Shown here: positions 38,221-46,894 of the stretch, piece after piece
How positions within the stretch are numbered: the stretch's first letter is position 1
Layout of the letters: each line of letters starts with the position of its first letter
Source: Parcubacteria group bacterium
GTDB lineage: Bacteria > Patescibacteriota > Minisyncoccia > Phycocordibacterales > Zambryskibacteraceae
Assembly: GCA_028286565.1 (NCBI GenBank)
Contig: JAQBRH010000002.1
Coordinates: forward strand, 81,876 to 145,875
DNA length: 64,000 nucleotides
Direction of reading: 5' to 3'
Notes under the pieces: model-generated
What the model was told of the DNA's origin: nothing
Database searches by the model: none
What the model saw: only the letters and a program-made list of their open reading frames with translations
Program-made: the position numbers and the translations under genes

Positions 38221-38252
38221 TTATTAACCCTAACACATCTACAGAAAACCGC
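38209..38252. repeat. Promoter plus start cassette, copy 2
   Basis: 39/44 identical to 37557..37600. Confidence 0.85.
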
Positions 38253-38275
38253 CTTCCGGCGATTTTTTATAGCGA

Positions 38276-38686
38276 CTATCGTTTGGACCACTGTGGTGCC
38301 TTTCTCGCCTTCTTCAATCCGAACTTACGGCGTTCCTTGGCTCGAGGATCTCGTTTGAGATAGCCCTTGACCTTGAGGGTGGTGCGAAGAGTTGCGTCGT
38401 AGATGATAAGGGCTCGGGCGATGCCGTGTCGCACAGCTTCGGCTTGCGAAGAGACGCCTCCGCCGGTGGTCAACACGGTAACGGAGAATTTCTGATCGAG
38501 GTCGACTGTATCAAATGCTGACTTGACGGTTTTGCGAAGTTCCGCGGTCGGGAAATAGTTCTCGAATTCGCGATCATTGATGGTGATAGAGAATTTCGAA
38601 GCTGGGGTGATGCGGACGCGGGCGGTCGAGGTCTTTCTACGGCCGACTGCTCCGATGTATTTGTCTCCTGTTTTTGCTGCGGCCAT
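38276..38686 (-). CDS. rpsI: 30S ribosomal protein S9
   Basis: GRRKTS...GLKKARKAPQWSKR. Confidence 0.98.
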   Translation of the reverse strand: MAAAKTGDKYIGAVGRRKTSTARVRITPASKFSITINDREFENYFPTAELRKTVKSAFDTVDLDQKFSVTVLTTGGGVSSQAEAVRHGIARALIIYDATLRTTLKVKGYLKRDPRAKERRKFGLKKARKAPQWSKR

Positions 38687-38687
38687 A

Positions 38688-39038
38688 TTAGTCGTTAATA
38701 GTTAAATTCTTCATCATTTTTGGGCGAAGTTTGTTCTTTGGGAGCATCCCGAGGATAGCCTTGCGAAGAACTTCTTTGGCACCCTTTGAGGCGACCATCT
38801 TCTCCATCGATTGGAGCTTCAATGCTCCCGGATATCCGGAGTGGGTAGCGTACTTCTTGTCCACGAGCTTCTTCGGATCGAGGGAAAGCTTTGAAGCGTT
38901 CTCGACCTTGACCTCTATCTCAGGGATAAAGTTTCTCTGATAGTCAGGGCGATTCTTGCCCATGAGGAGAACGGCGATCTCGGTGGCGAGTCGTCCCGGC
39001 TTCTTTCCTGCTGCATCTAAAGTGTATTTCTTTTCCAT
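38688..39038 (-). CDS. rplM: 50S ribosomal protein L13 (short form)
   Basis: DAAGKKPGRLAT, HSGYPG, GMLPKN. Confidence 0.95.
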   Translation of the reverse strand: MEKKYTLDAAGKKPGRLATEIAVLLMGKNRPDYQRNFIPEIEVKVENASKLSLDPKKLVDKKYATHSGYPGALKLQSMEKMVASKGAKEVLRKAILGMLPKNKLRPKMMKNLTIND

Positions 39039-39039
39039 G

Positions 39040-39390
39040 TTATTTGACGAATTCGATGACGGCCATAGGAGCGCCGTCGGAGGCTCGGCGGATCAACTTT
39101 GTAATTCGAGTGTATCCGCCCTTTCTTTCCATATATTCCGGAGCAAGGACGGTGGCGATCTTTTTAGCCGCTATCTTCCCTACTCTGGATTCAAGCTCTC
39201 GGCGAGAAGCCACGGTGCCTTTCTTGCCGTAGGTAACGAGCTTCTCGACGAACGGTCGGAGCTCCTTGGCCTTTGGCTCTGTGGTCTTGATCTTGCCCTT
39301 GAGGACGAGTGAGTAGGCCAAAGACTTCATGAGCGCCTTGCGCTGGTCCTTGGTGCGTCCGAATTTTCTGTTGGCGTTGTGGTGGCGCAT
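39040..39390 (-). CDS. rplQ: 50S ribosomal protein L17
   Basis: MRHH..RKFGR, IKTT..KAKE, GGYTRI. Confidence 0.98.
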   Translation of the reverse strand: MRHHNANRKFGRTKDQRKALMKSLAYSLVLKGKIKTTEPKAKELRPFVEKLVTYGKKGTVASRRELESRVGKIAAKKIATVLAPEYMERKGGYTRITKLIRRASDGAPMAVIEFVK

Positions 39391-39404
39391 GGGTCTCTAC
39401 CTTA

Positions 39405-40373
39405 CTAGTTTTTGAGCGTTATGCCAAATTCTCCAAGAGCTTTCTTTATTTCTTGGATGCCCTTGGCTCCGAGCCCTTCGATATCGAGAAGATCTCTCTC
39501 CTTCTTGCGGGCGAGGCCTCCGATGGTTCGGATGTTGGCGTTCGAGAGAGCGTTCTGGGTTCGGGCGGACACGTCGAGCGATTCTACGCGGGTCTTCAAG
39601 ATCTCAGGGTCGATCTCGGCTCCGTTTGCTCCCTTGTGGCTTTCTTCTTCATGGGATTCTTCCGGCTCATCGGCCTTCTCTTCCTTGAATCCGACGACTG
39701 CCTTGAGCTGGTTGATCATGATCTCGATCGACTGGGTGAGGGCATCCTTTGGAGAGATGGTGCCGTCGGTTTCGATGGAGATCTTCAATTTATTGAAGTC
39801 TGTTCGATCCCCCACGCGCATGTTCTCGACTTCGTATGAAGCGCGGCGGATAGGGGTGAAGATCCCGTCGAGAGAGATGGTGCCGATGTCGACGCGGTTC
39901 TTCTCGATCATTTCCTTAGGGACGAAACCGAGGCCTTTTTCGGCCCGGACCTCGATGTTGAGCTCGGTGGACTTTGAGGTGACGGTAGCGATGATCTGAT
40001 CGGGGTTCAAGATCTCAACTTGTCCGGGAACATCGAAGTCTGCCGCAGTAACGACCTTGTCTCCCTTCACTTTGAGGGTAAGGGTCTGAGGTTCATCGGT
40101 CGAAAAGCGCATGCGGACCTTTTTGAGGTTCAAGAGGATAGTGATGACATCTTCCTTAACTCCGTCCATGACCGAGAATTCGTGGCTCACCCCTTCGATC
40201 TTCACAGACGTAATAGCCACTCCGGGAAGTGACGAGAGGATAATGCGTCGGAGCGAGTTGCCGAGGGTGTATCCGTATCCCGGGTACAGTCCTTCGATCT
40301 CGTATACCCCGGACACTCCGGCTTCGGAGATGATCTTTGGTTTCGAAGGCAAAAGTATTGTGTAATCAGCCAT
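39405..40373 (-). CDS. rpoA: RNA polymerase alpha subunit
   Basis: GYGYTLGNSLRRIILSS, HEFS, alpha-CTD. Confidence 0.98.
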   Translation of the reverse strand: MADYTILLPSKPKIISEAGVSGVYEIEGLYPGYGYTLGNSLRRIILSSLPGVAITSVKIEGVSHEFSVMDGVKEDVITILLNLKKVRMRFSTDEPQTLTLKVKGDKVVTAADFDVPGQVEILNPDQIIATVTSKSTELNIEVRAEKGLGFVPKEMIEKNRVDIGTISLDGIFTPIRRASYEVENMRVGDRTDFNKLKISIETDGTISPKDALTQSIEIMINQLKAVVGFKEEKADEPEESHEEESHKGANGAEIDPEILKTRVESLDVSARTQNALSNANIRTIGGLARKKERDLLDIEGLGAKGIQEIKKALGEFGITLKN

Positions 40374-40441
40374 TGTTGTTATAAAAAAATTAGTCGTTAA
40401 ATTATACGTTATTTTTGCTTTCTTTGCAATTATATGCCGTG

Positions 40442-41047
40442 CTATCTCGAATAGAACTCGAGCACTGCTCCCAATTCGAACACTTGCTCTCCCGGCGCAT
40501 ACACAGGCACTCCCCCGACCTTGGCCTCCCGTTTCTTCGGGTCAACAGAGACCCAAGCCGGAGCCGCGAGCGTATTCATGCGCTCTTCCACATCGCCAAA
40601 GAGGGGGCTTGCTGAGCTTCCACCTCGAATGCCGATCACATCCCCTTCTTTGACCTCGATCGAAGGGACGGTGACTCGGCGGCCGTTGAGGGTCGCATGG
40701 CCGTGAGCGGCGATCTGTCTGCCGGCTGCGCGAGTCTTCGCAAGACCCGAGCGATAGAGAACGTTGTCGAGGCGGAGTTCAAGGGATCGGAAGAGCTTCT
40801 GCATAGGATCTGCGCCGTTCAATGCACCTTTGGCATATTTGGAGAATTGCTTTTCTGTGATGCCGTAGCTGAAGCGAGCCTTTTGCTTTTCGAGGAGCTG
40901 CTTGCCGAACTCGGATTTTGGCTTATTGCGGCCCTTCATGTTCTTTTCCTTGCGGGCAAGAGAAAGGGCGTATTTCTGGCCTTGGGTCTTCTCGAATATT
41001 GGGGCTCCGAGTCTGCGAGCTATTTTGTATTTTGGTCCGATTTTCAT
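40442..41047 (-). CDS. rpsD: 30S ribosomal protein S4
   Basis: QLLEKQK, LELRLDNV, EFYSR. Confidence 0.97.
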   Translation of the reverse strand: MKIGPKYKIARRLGAPIFEKTQGQKYALSLARKEKNMKGRNKPKSEFGKQLLEKQKARFSYGITEKQFSKYAKGALNGADPMQKLFRSLELRLDNVLYRSGLAKTRAAGRQIAAHGHATLNGRRVTVPSIEVKEGDVIGIRGGSSASPLFGDVEERMNTLAAPAWVSVDPKKREAKVGGVPVYAPGEQVFELGAVLEFYSR

Positions 41048-41071
41048 TGTATATAGGGTGAGATATTCGAA

Positions 41072-41512
41072 CTATGCTCGTCGAGGCCGAGGGGCTTTCG
41101 GTCCGTTATGAGGCACGGGAGTCGCATCGGTGATGGTGGTAAGGTTGATGCCTTTGGATATGAAGCCTCGGATAGCCGATTCGCGGCCTGATCCGACTCC
41201 TTTAACCACCACCCTGACCTCCTTGATGCCGAACGCGGCCGCCTTCTCGGCTATCTTCTCTCCGATCTTCGCCGCTGCGAACGGGGTTCCCTTCTTTGCC
41301 CCTTTGAAGCCGATGGCTCCGGAGGTCGACCAGGCGAGGGTATTGCCTTTCGGGTCGGTCAACACGAGCTTGGTGTTGTTGTAGGTCGATTGGACATACA
41401 AAATACCGGATTCAAATCGCTTTTTGCCGAGCTTTGGAGCTTCTACCGCTTTTACTACTTCCGCAGTTTCAGGCGCCTTGCTTCCTTCGTCTATGATCTT
41501 TTTCTTTCCCAT
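41072..41512 (-). CDS. rpsK: 30S ribosomal protein S11
   Basis: STYNNT, GTPFAA, DATPVPHNG. Confidence 0.97.
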   Translation of the reverse strand: MGKKKIIDEGSKAPETAEVVKAVEAPKLGKKRFESGILYVQSTYNNTKLVLTDPKGNTLAWSTSGAIGFKGAKKGTPFAAAKIGEKIAEKAAAFGIKEVRVVVKGVGSGRESAIRGFISKGINLTTITDATPVPHNGPKAPRPRRA

Positions 41513-41520
41513 ATTAAATA

Positions 41521-41901
41521 TTATTTCTTCTCTGCGATCTTACGTCCGGTACCCATGGTCTTGCGCTGGTTGCCTCGGCGGGTTCGGGAGTTGGTCTTGG
41601 TTCGCTGTCCGCGCACAGGAAGTCCGCGCATGTGGCGGACCCCTCTATATGCCTTGATATCCTTGAGACGCTTCACATTCGAAGCGATCTCGCGCTTCAG
41701 GTCTCCTTCAAGGGTAAGGGCTTCGACGATGCCGCGGATCTTGTTCTCATCAGCAAGCTCAATATCCTTTGGGGTTTTCTCCCTTGGGACGCCTGCTTCT
41801 TTGAGGATCGAGGCTGCACGCGAACGGCCGATTCCAAAAAGGACTGTGAGGCCGATATCTATACGCTTTTCGTCTGGAATGGTAATACCGAGGATTCTCA
41901 T
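41521..41901 (-). CDS. rpsM: 30S ribosomal protein S13
   Basis: YRGVRH..GLPVRGQRTKTNSRT. Confidence 0.98.
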   Translation of the reverse strand: MRILGITIPDEKRIDIGLTVLFGIGRSRAASILKEAGVPREKTPKDIELADENKIRGIVEALTLEGDLKREIASNVKRLKDIKAYRGVRHMRGLPVRGQRTKTNSRTRRGNQRKTMGTGRKIAEKK

Positions 41902-42018
41902 TTAGCCTTGTCGTTGCTTATGTCGCGCGTTAGCCTTGCAGATCACGTAGACGTAGCCCTTGCGCCTCACAATTTGGCACTTGGCGCACATCTTTTTGAC
42001 CGATGCTTTGACTTTCAT
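41902..42018 (-). CDS. rpmJ: 50S ribosomal protein L36
   Basis: Translates to [38 protein letters not shown]; below the ORF-track size cutoff. Confidence 0.96.
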   Translation of the reverse strand: MKVKASVKKMCAKCQIVRRKGYVYVICKANARHKQRQG

Positions 42019-42088
42019 GGTGAATAGGTATTTTAGACTTGTCTCGGTTTTTTGTCAAATGGCGCCTGAAGAAGGCCTCGAAAAGGGC

Positions 42089-42304
42089 CTAGAGACGCTT
42101 AATAATACGCGCTTTTCCTCCGTATGGCTCAAGGACAAGGAGTACTTTATCCCCCACGAGAACTCTGATCCTATGAAGGCGCATTTTGCCTGAGAGATAT
42201 GAGAGGAGTTCTCCTTCTTCGCCGTCGATCTTCACTTTGAACATGATGTTGGGCAAAGCCTCCATCACAACCCCGGTGCGTTCAAGTTCTTTGGTATCCT
42301 GCAT
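42089..42304 (-). CDS. infA: Translation initiation factor IF-1
   Basis: EALPN.MF, SGKMR..RIRVLVGD. Confidence 0.96.
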   Translation of the reverse strand: MQDTKELERTGVVMEALPNIMFKVKIDGEEGELLSYLSGKMRLHRIRVLVGDKVLLVLEPYGGKARIIKRL

Positions 42305-42334
42305 TAAGAAGTAAAGTATACCCGAGGGACAGGC

Positions 42335-43870
42335 TTATTTCAATGCTGCCTGAGTCACCTGAATCTTCGAGGGATCCGCCGGGAACGAGGTTTTCCAGAA
42401 AGGGCGAACCGAGGCGACGGCGGAGAGGACGCCCGGATATTTTCCTAGCACATCATTCACTTCTGTTTTAGATTTTCCCGCGAGGTCCTTCTGAAGATCG
42501 GATTCAGAGATACGAGAGATCGCTTTGACCGAACCTGTGACCTCAAAGCTCAATTCTTCGGCCTTCAAAAGATCCGCAGTGCCGTCCTTGCCTACGAACG
42601 AGGCGTCGAGGCTTGCGATATCCGGAATATCAAGAGGGGTCGGGATGGTCGTCGCCTTCTTGGCCCCGAGGTACGAAGCCAGTTCGGCCCGCTTGAACAT
42701 CACGCCGTAAAAGTCTGCGTGTTCGTTCACTGTCACTCCCGTATCAGTCGGGGCGGTTTGCGGAGTATCTGCATAGGTGATCTGTACGAGGTTCGGATAC
42801 AGGATGAAGTCCGCTGGCACTTGAGCCTTGGCTTCGTTCAGCAATTGATCTTTAAGAGAGGCTTCAAGGGTTGTGCGCGCCTTTGACAGGTCCGCTTCGC
42901 TCACTTTCTTGGTAAGTCCGACAAATCCTCCGGTCATCGCGGTCTTCGAGCGGGCATAGACGGTCGTGAACTTCGGGTCCCCCTTCAATCCGGGCAAGGT
43001 GAAGTCGGTGAGGCCGATGTTGTAGGTGTCGCCGGGCTGGTCGGCGTAGACAGTGACCTCAAGGGATCCGGGAGCGGTACCGGTCTTCCCCGGGACGCTT
43101 ATATCAGAAAGGATGCGGTACACCTTGCCTTCCGGGCTTTCAAAGCGGGTATTTCGTATGAGCTTTTGCGGAGCGGCTCCCGAATTGTTGTAGACGACGA
43201 TCTTGCCGCTCGCTTTTGTGGAGACATTCTCTTGTCCGGACGCCGGAGCTTCCACTCCCCTGTCTCCGGAGAGTTTGATAACGCTAAAACCGAGCTTGTC
43301 CTGTCCGCCGTCCTTATAGGCGATGTAGGTGTCTTTATTAAAGGAAATGTCAGCCGAGCGAGGAGTATATACAAGCGTCCCTCCGCTGAAGAACGAAAGT
43401 CCGAGAAGGACAAGAGCGATCAGAGCGACGCTTCCAAAAATAAATTTCTTTTTGGATCCGCCTGTAGAGCCTCTAAAATATCCGAGGAGATCCCTATCCC
43501 CGAGGAAGGTGATCCTGCGCGGAGAAGAAGGGATATCCGTGGCTCGCCTCCCCGTACTAATTTCCGGCTCAGTGCGCCGTTCGGATACTCCGTCAGTTGC
43601 CCGCCTGTTTTGGATCGGCTCGAGATCAACGTCGGAAGCCCGTCGATGCAAAAATACAGCCTCTTCGTCCGAGGCTCGCCTATGCTGATACACAGGTTCC
43701 GGCTCGCGGATCGGCTGCGCCGGCTCGACGTACGATTCCGGAGCGCGTTCCGGAGTTTGGGTCGCGTCAATAAAATCGGTTCGTCGGCGCTTTGCCGGAA
43801 TAGGAATATTTCTGATAGAACGGCGTTCTGGTTTTCCTCCGGGAATGATGTCTTGCATTTCTTTGGCCAT
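42335..43870 (-). CDS. Bitopic protein: disordered cytoplasmic N-terminus, TM, baseplate-J-like extracellular domain
   Basis: MQDIIP N-terminus, TM near aa 143-161, ASGKIVVYN...TRF...ADQPG..YNIG pattern. Confidence 0.75.
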   Translation of the reverse strand: MAKEMQDIIPGGKPERRSIRNIPIPAKRRRTDFIDATQTPERAPESYVEPAQPIREPEPVYQHRRASDEEAVFLHRRASDVDLEPIQNRRATDGVSERRTEPEISTGRRATDIPSSPRRITFLGDRDLLGYFRGSTGGSKKKFIFGSVALIALVLLGLSFFSGGTLVYTPRSADISFNKDTYIAYKDGGQDKLGFSVIKLSGDRGVEAPASGQENVSTKASGKIVVYNNSGAAPQKLIRNTRFESPEGKVYRILSDISVPGKTGTAPGSLEVTVYADQPGDTYNIGLTDFTLPGLKGDPKFTTVYARSKTAMTGGFVGLTKKVSEADLSKARTTLEASLKDQLLNEAKAQVPADFILYPNLVQITYADTPQTAPTDTGVTVNEHADFYGVMFKRAELASYLGAKKATTIPTPLDIPDIASLDASFVGKDGTADLLKAEELSFEVTGSVKAISRISESDLQKDLAGKSKTEVNDVLGKYPGVLSAVASVRPFWKTSFPADPSKIQVTQAALK

Positions 43871-43926
43871 GATGTATTAATTGTAACCCATACAAGTCGC
43901 GACGCAATGTGGATGAGCGAATATCA

Positions 43927-45099
43927 TCATGATGCGATGACCGCGTGCGCAGAAAGGATCGTCAGCTTTTCGTCGCTCCTTACATTCGATTCGAGGGAAA
44001 TTATTTTTTCAGTGAACGAATTATCCTTGCCGACGATGATGACGTCGTGGCCGGGGAGAACGTCTTCGAGGATTTTTTTGGCTACGCCTTCAAATCCATA
44101 TGCGCCGACGACATATACTCGATACGGATGATCGGCATCTCCGTCCGCCACGCTCTTTGAGCGTTGCCACATCGCCGCCAGACTCGCAGCGGCATCATCG
44201 ACGATCCGGGATATATCGTCGCGGATCTCATCGACGAGGAAGCTTTCAGAGTATAGAGCGAGGTACGAGTGAGCCAGTTCATACGGCATCCTCATCTCCG
44301 CCTCGATGCGCTCGAGGATGGTTCCGGTGCCGAATTGGAGCGAGGTGGTGCTGATCGACTGGCCTTTCTTAAGAAAAAGGAGATCCGTTATCTCGCTTGT
44401 CATGCTGACAAACAGCGCGGAGTGGAGATCATTGAACGCATGCGTAAAGACCCGGAAATAAGCCCCCATAAAGCTCTCTATGGCCACACCTTCGTTAACA
44501 AAGAAGAATTTGATGATCTCCCCTTCTATCCGCTTGACCAGGCTCGACTTGGTGGCGCTCATGATGAGGCGCAGGTCCGCCGAAGCGGTGCGCTTTTTTA
44601 TGGGAAAGCGGGTCTCATAGCCGTTCAAAAAAAGCCCGGTGATCTTTGATTCAAAGACCTCGGTTTCTTCGACATATTCTGCATCGAGCTCCTTCTTGAA
44701 CCGCGCCTCTTCTTCCTTTAGAGCTTCGTTCCCGATGCTTTCATCCAAAAGGAATGGGGCGTCCTTGGTAATGTTCTTAAGAAAAGTCTTTGAGATGAGC
44801 CATGGAGAAGAGAGGGCGATCACCACCTTGGAAACCTCGGATCGGGTTCCCTTCTCGGGCAATGATCCGACGACGTTTTGATGGAGGCGGGCCAAGGCGT
44901 CCTCGAGGCTCCTGATCATGGCGTTCTCGCGTTCGGCGAGGCTTGCGCCTTTCTGCATATGAAAAGTAGGGCGGATGCTCGCGAGCATGTGCGGCACCTT
45001 ATCCTTGGATATTTTTATCAAGGCGACGCCGATCGAACCGGCTGAGATGTCGATGATGAGATTAAGATTTGAAAGATCGTTCGATGGCCAAAACTTCAT
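43927..45099 (-). CDS. FtsA/actin-like ATPase-fold protein
   Basis: IIDISAGSIG phosphate-1-like motif; degenerate second motif; TACAAT 6 nt before ATG. Confidence 0.65.
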   Translation of the reverse strand: MKFWPSNDLSNLNLIIDISAGSIGVALIKISKDKVPHMLASIRPTFHMQKGASLAERENAMIRSLEDALARLHQNVVGSLPEKGTRSEVSKVVIALSSPWLISKTFLKNITKDAPFLLDESIGNEALKEEEARFKKELDAEYVEETEVFESKITGLFLNGYETRFPIKKRTASADLRLIMSATKSSLVKRIEGEIIKFFFVNEGVAIESFMGAYFRVFTHAFNDLHSALFVSMTSEITDLLFLKKGQSISTTSLQFGTGTILERIEAEMRMPYELAHSYLALYSESFLVDEIRDDISRIVDDAAASLAAMWQRSKSVADGDADHPYRVYVVGAYGFEGVAKKILEDVLPGHDVIIVGKDNSFTEKIISLESNVRSDEKLTILSAHAVIAS

Positions 45100-45124
45100 T
45101 CTCTTATTGTACCTCGATTTCTTT

Positions 45125-46894
45125 TTAGCTCAATATCGCTTTTATTCTTCGCACGCCCTGAGAGACCGCTTCTTCTTTTTGAATTGTAAATTTTCCGAGC
45201 TCCGACGTATTAGAAACATGCGGCCCTCCACAAAATTCTTTGGAGATAGCGGTATCGAGTGAATCTCCGATGAAGTACACCGATACTTGGTCCGGATATT
45301 TTTGATCGAAGAAGTGCAAGGCGCCGGAGGCGGTCGCTTCTTCTTTGTTCAAGACAACGTTCTGAACGGGAAGCTTGGCTTCGATGTTCCTATTCACAAT
45401 GTCTTCCACCTTCTGCTTTTCCTCGTCGGTCATTTTGCGGGAGAAGGCAAAGTCAAAGCGCAAACGCTCGGGAGTGATGTTCGAACCTTTTTGAGACACT
45501 TCGCCGCCAAGCACTTCTCGAAGAGCCTGATGAAGGAGATGGGTCGCCGTGTGATACTTCACGGACATTTCCGAGGTATCTGCGAGTCCGCCCTTGAATT
45601 TCTGTTCCGCCCCCGATCGCGAAAGGTCTTGGTGAGCCTTGAATTTCTCCCGGAAAGCTGCCTCGTCTATCTCGATCCCCTTCTCTTCTGCTAATTCTTT
45701 GGTGAGCTCGAACGGAAAGCCGTAGGAGGTGAAGAGAGTGAAGGCATCGACGCCCTTCTCGAACTGTTTGAGGCCATCCTTCAAAGTTTCTCTAAACTTA
45801 TTCTCTTCCTGGAGTACGGTGGCGTGTATAAGGGTTCGCTTTTCTTCGAGCTCCGGGTAAGCCTCCACATAGGAATTCACTACTCCTTGAGTGCAGATAT
45901 ACCCTAATTCTTGATTCATGATCCCAAGCTTGTCGGCGTTCACTACCGCCCTGCGTAAAAGTCTGCGCAATACATATCCTCGATCTGTATTCGACGGCAA
46001 AACCCCATCCGCGATCATGAACGTGGCTGTGCGCAAATGATCAGCTACTATTCTCTCGGACGTGATCCTCTGCTCTTCGGACAATTCTTTTTTCTCGGTT
46101 ATTTGAGAACGAAGTTCTTTAAAAATATGCTCGAACAGATCTGTATCATAGGCGGTCTGTTTGCCCTGCATCACCGCCGTCATGCGCTCGAGGCCGGCCC
46201 CGGTGTCCACATTCTGCTTGGCGAGCTTGCCGACAACTTTGCCGTCTCTTTTCTCGTATTCCATGAACACATCGTTCCAGATCTCAACAACGGTCTCGTC
46301 TTTGACCGCCTGAGTGAATTCTTCTTTTGACAGATCTCCAAGCGTACCGTTCATATCATAGAACATCTCTGTATCCGGACCGCAGGGGCCGTTGTCTCCG
46401 GGGCTCCACCAATTATCCTCGGCTCCTAATGGATAGATGCGATGCCCAGGCATACCCAGGCTAAGCCAGATCTTTTTGGATTCTTCATCAAAGGGAGCGT
46501 TGTCATCACCCTCAAATACTGTGACGTAGAGCCGTGATGGATCAAGGCCCAACCCTTCTTCTTTTGAGGTCAAAAATTCATAGCTCCAGAGAATAGCTTC
46601 GATCTTAAAATAATCGCCCAACGACCAGTTCCCCATCATTTGGAAAAAAGAAAAGTGCCTGTTGTCCCCTATGTCTTCGAGGTCTCCGGTGCGAACGCAT
46701 TTCTGCACATTGACTATTCTTTTGCCGGCCGGATGAGGTTTACCTAAAAGGTACGGTACCAATGGCTGCATGCCTGCGGTAGTGAAGAGGACCGACGGAT
46801 CGTTCTCGGGCACTAGCGAAGCACTAGGGATGACCGCATGCCCCCGATCGGCGAAGAATTTTAGGAATCTTGATCTGATCTCTTGTGAGTTCAT
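45125..46894 (-). CDS. alaS: Alanine--tRNA ligase (short; no C-Ala domain)
   Basis: LFTTAGMQP, EIWN.VF, DTGAGLER, HTATHLLH, EFCGGPH. Confidence 0.96.
   Translation of the reverse strand: MNSQEIRSRFLKFFADRGHAVIPSASLVPENDPSVLFTTAGMQPLVPYLLGKPHPAGKRIVNVQKCVRTGDLEDIGDNRHFSFFQMMGNWSLGDYFKIEAILWSYEFLTSKEEGLGLDPSRLYVTVFEGDDNAPFDEESKKIWLSLGMPGHRIYPLGAEDNWWSPGDNGPCGPDTEMFYDMNGTLGDLSKEEFTQAVKDETVVEIWNDVFMEYEKRDGKVVGKLAKQNVDTGAGLERMTAVMQGKQTAYDTDLFEHIFKELRSQITEKKELSEEQRITSERIVADHLRTATFMIADGVLPSNTDRGYVLRRLLRRAVVNADKLGIMNQELGYICTQGVVNSYVEAYPELEEKRTLIHATVLQEENKFRETLKDGLKQFEKGVDAFTLFTSYGFPFELTKELAEEKGIEIDEAAFREKFKAHQDLSRSGAEQKFKGGLADTSEMSVKYHTATHLLHQALREVLGGEVSQKGSNITPERLRFDFAFSRKMTDEEKQKVEDIVNRNIEAKLPVQNVVLNKEEATASGALHFFDQKYPDQVSVYFIGDSLDTAISKEFCGGPHVSNTSELGKFTIQKEEAVSQGVRRIKAILS

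Noticed and set aside
42335-43870. Prophage or contractile tail locus suggested by the baseplate-J-like domain
   Set aside because: The protein is membrane-anchored and no other tail or capsid genes are adjacent
43166-44131. 321-aa plus-strand ORF and other long antisense ORFs (5168..6031, 34824..35579, 50698..51468)
   Set aside because: Lie opposite well-supported genes; shadow frames
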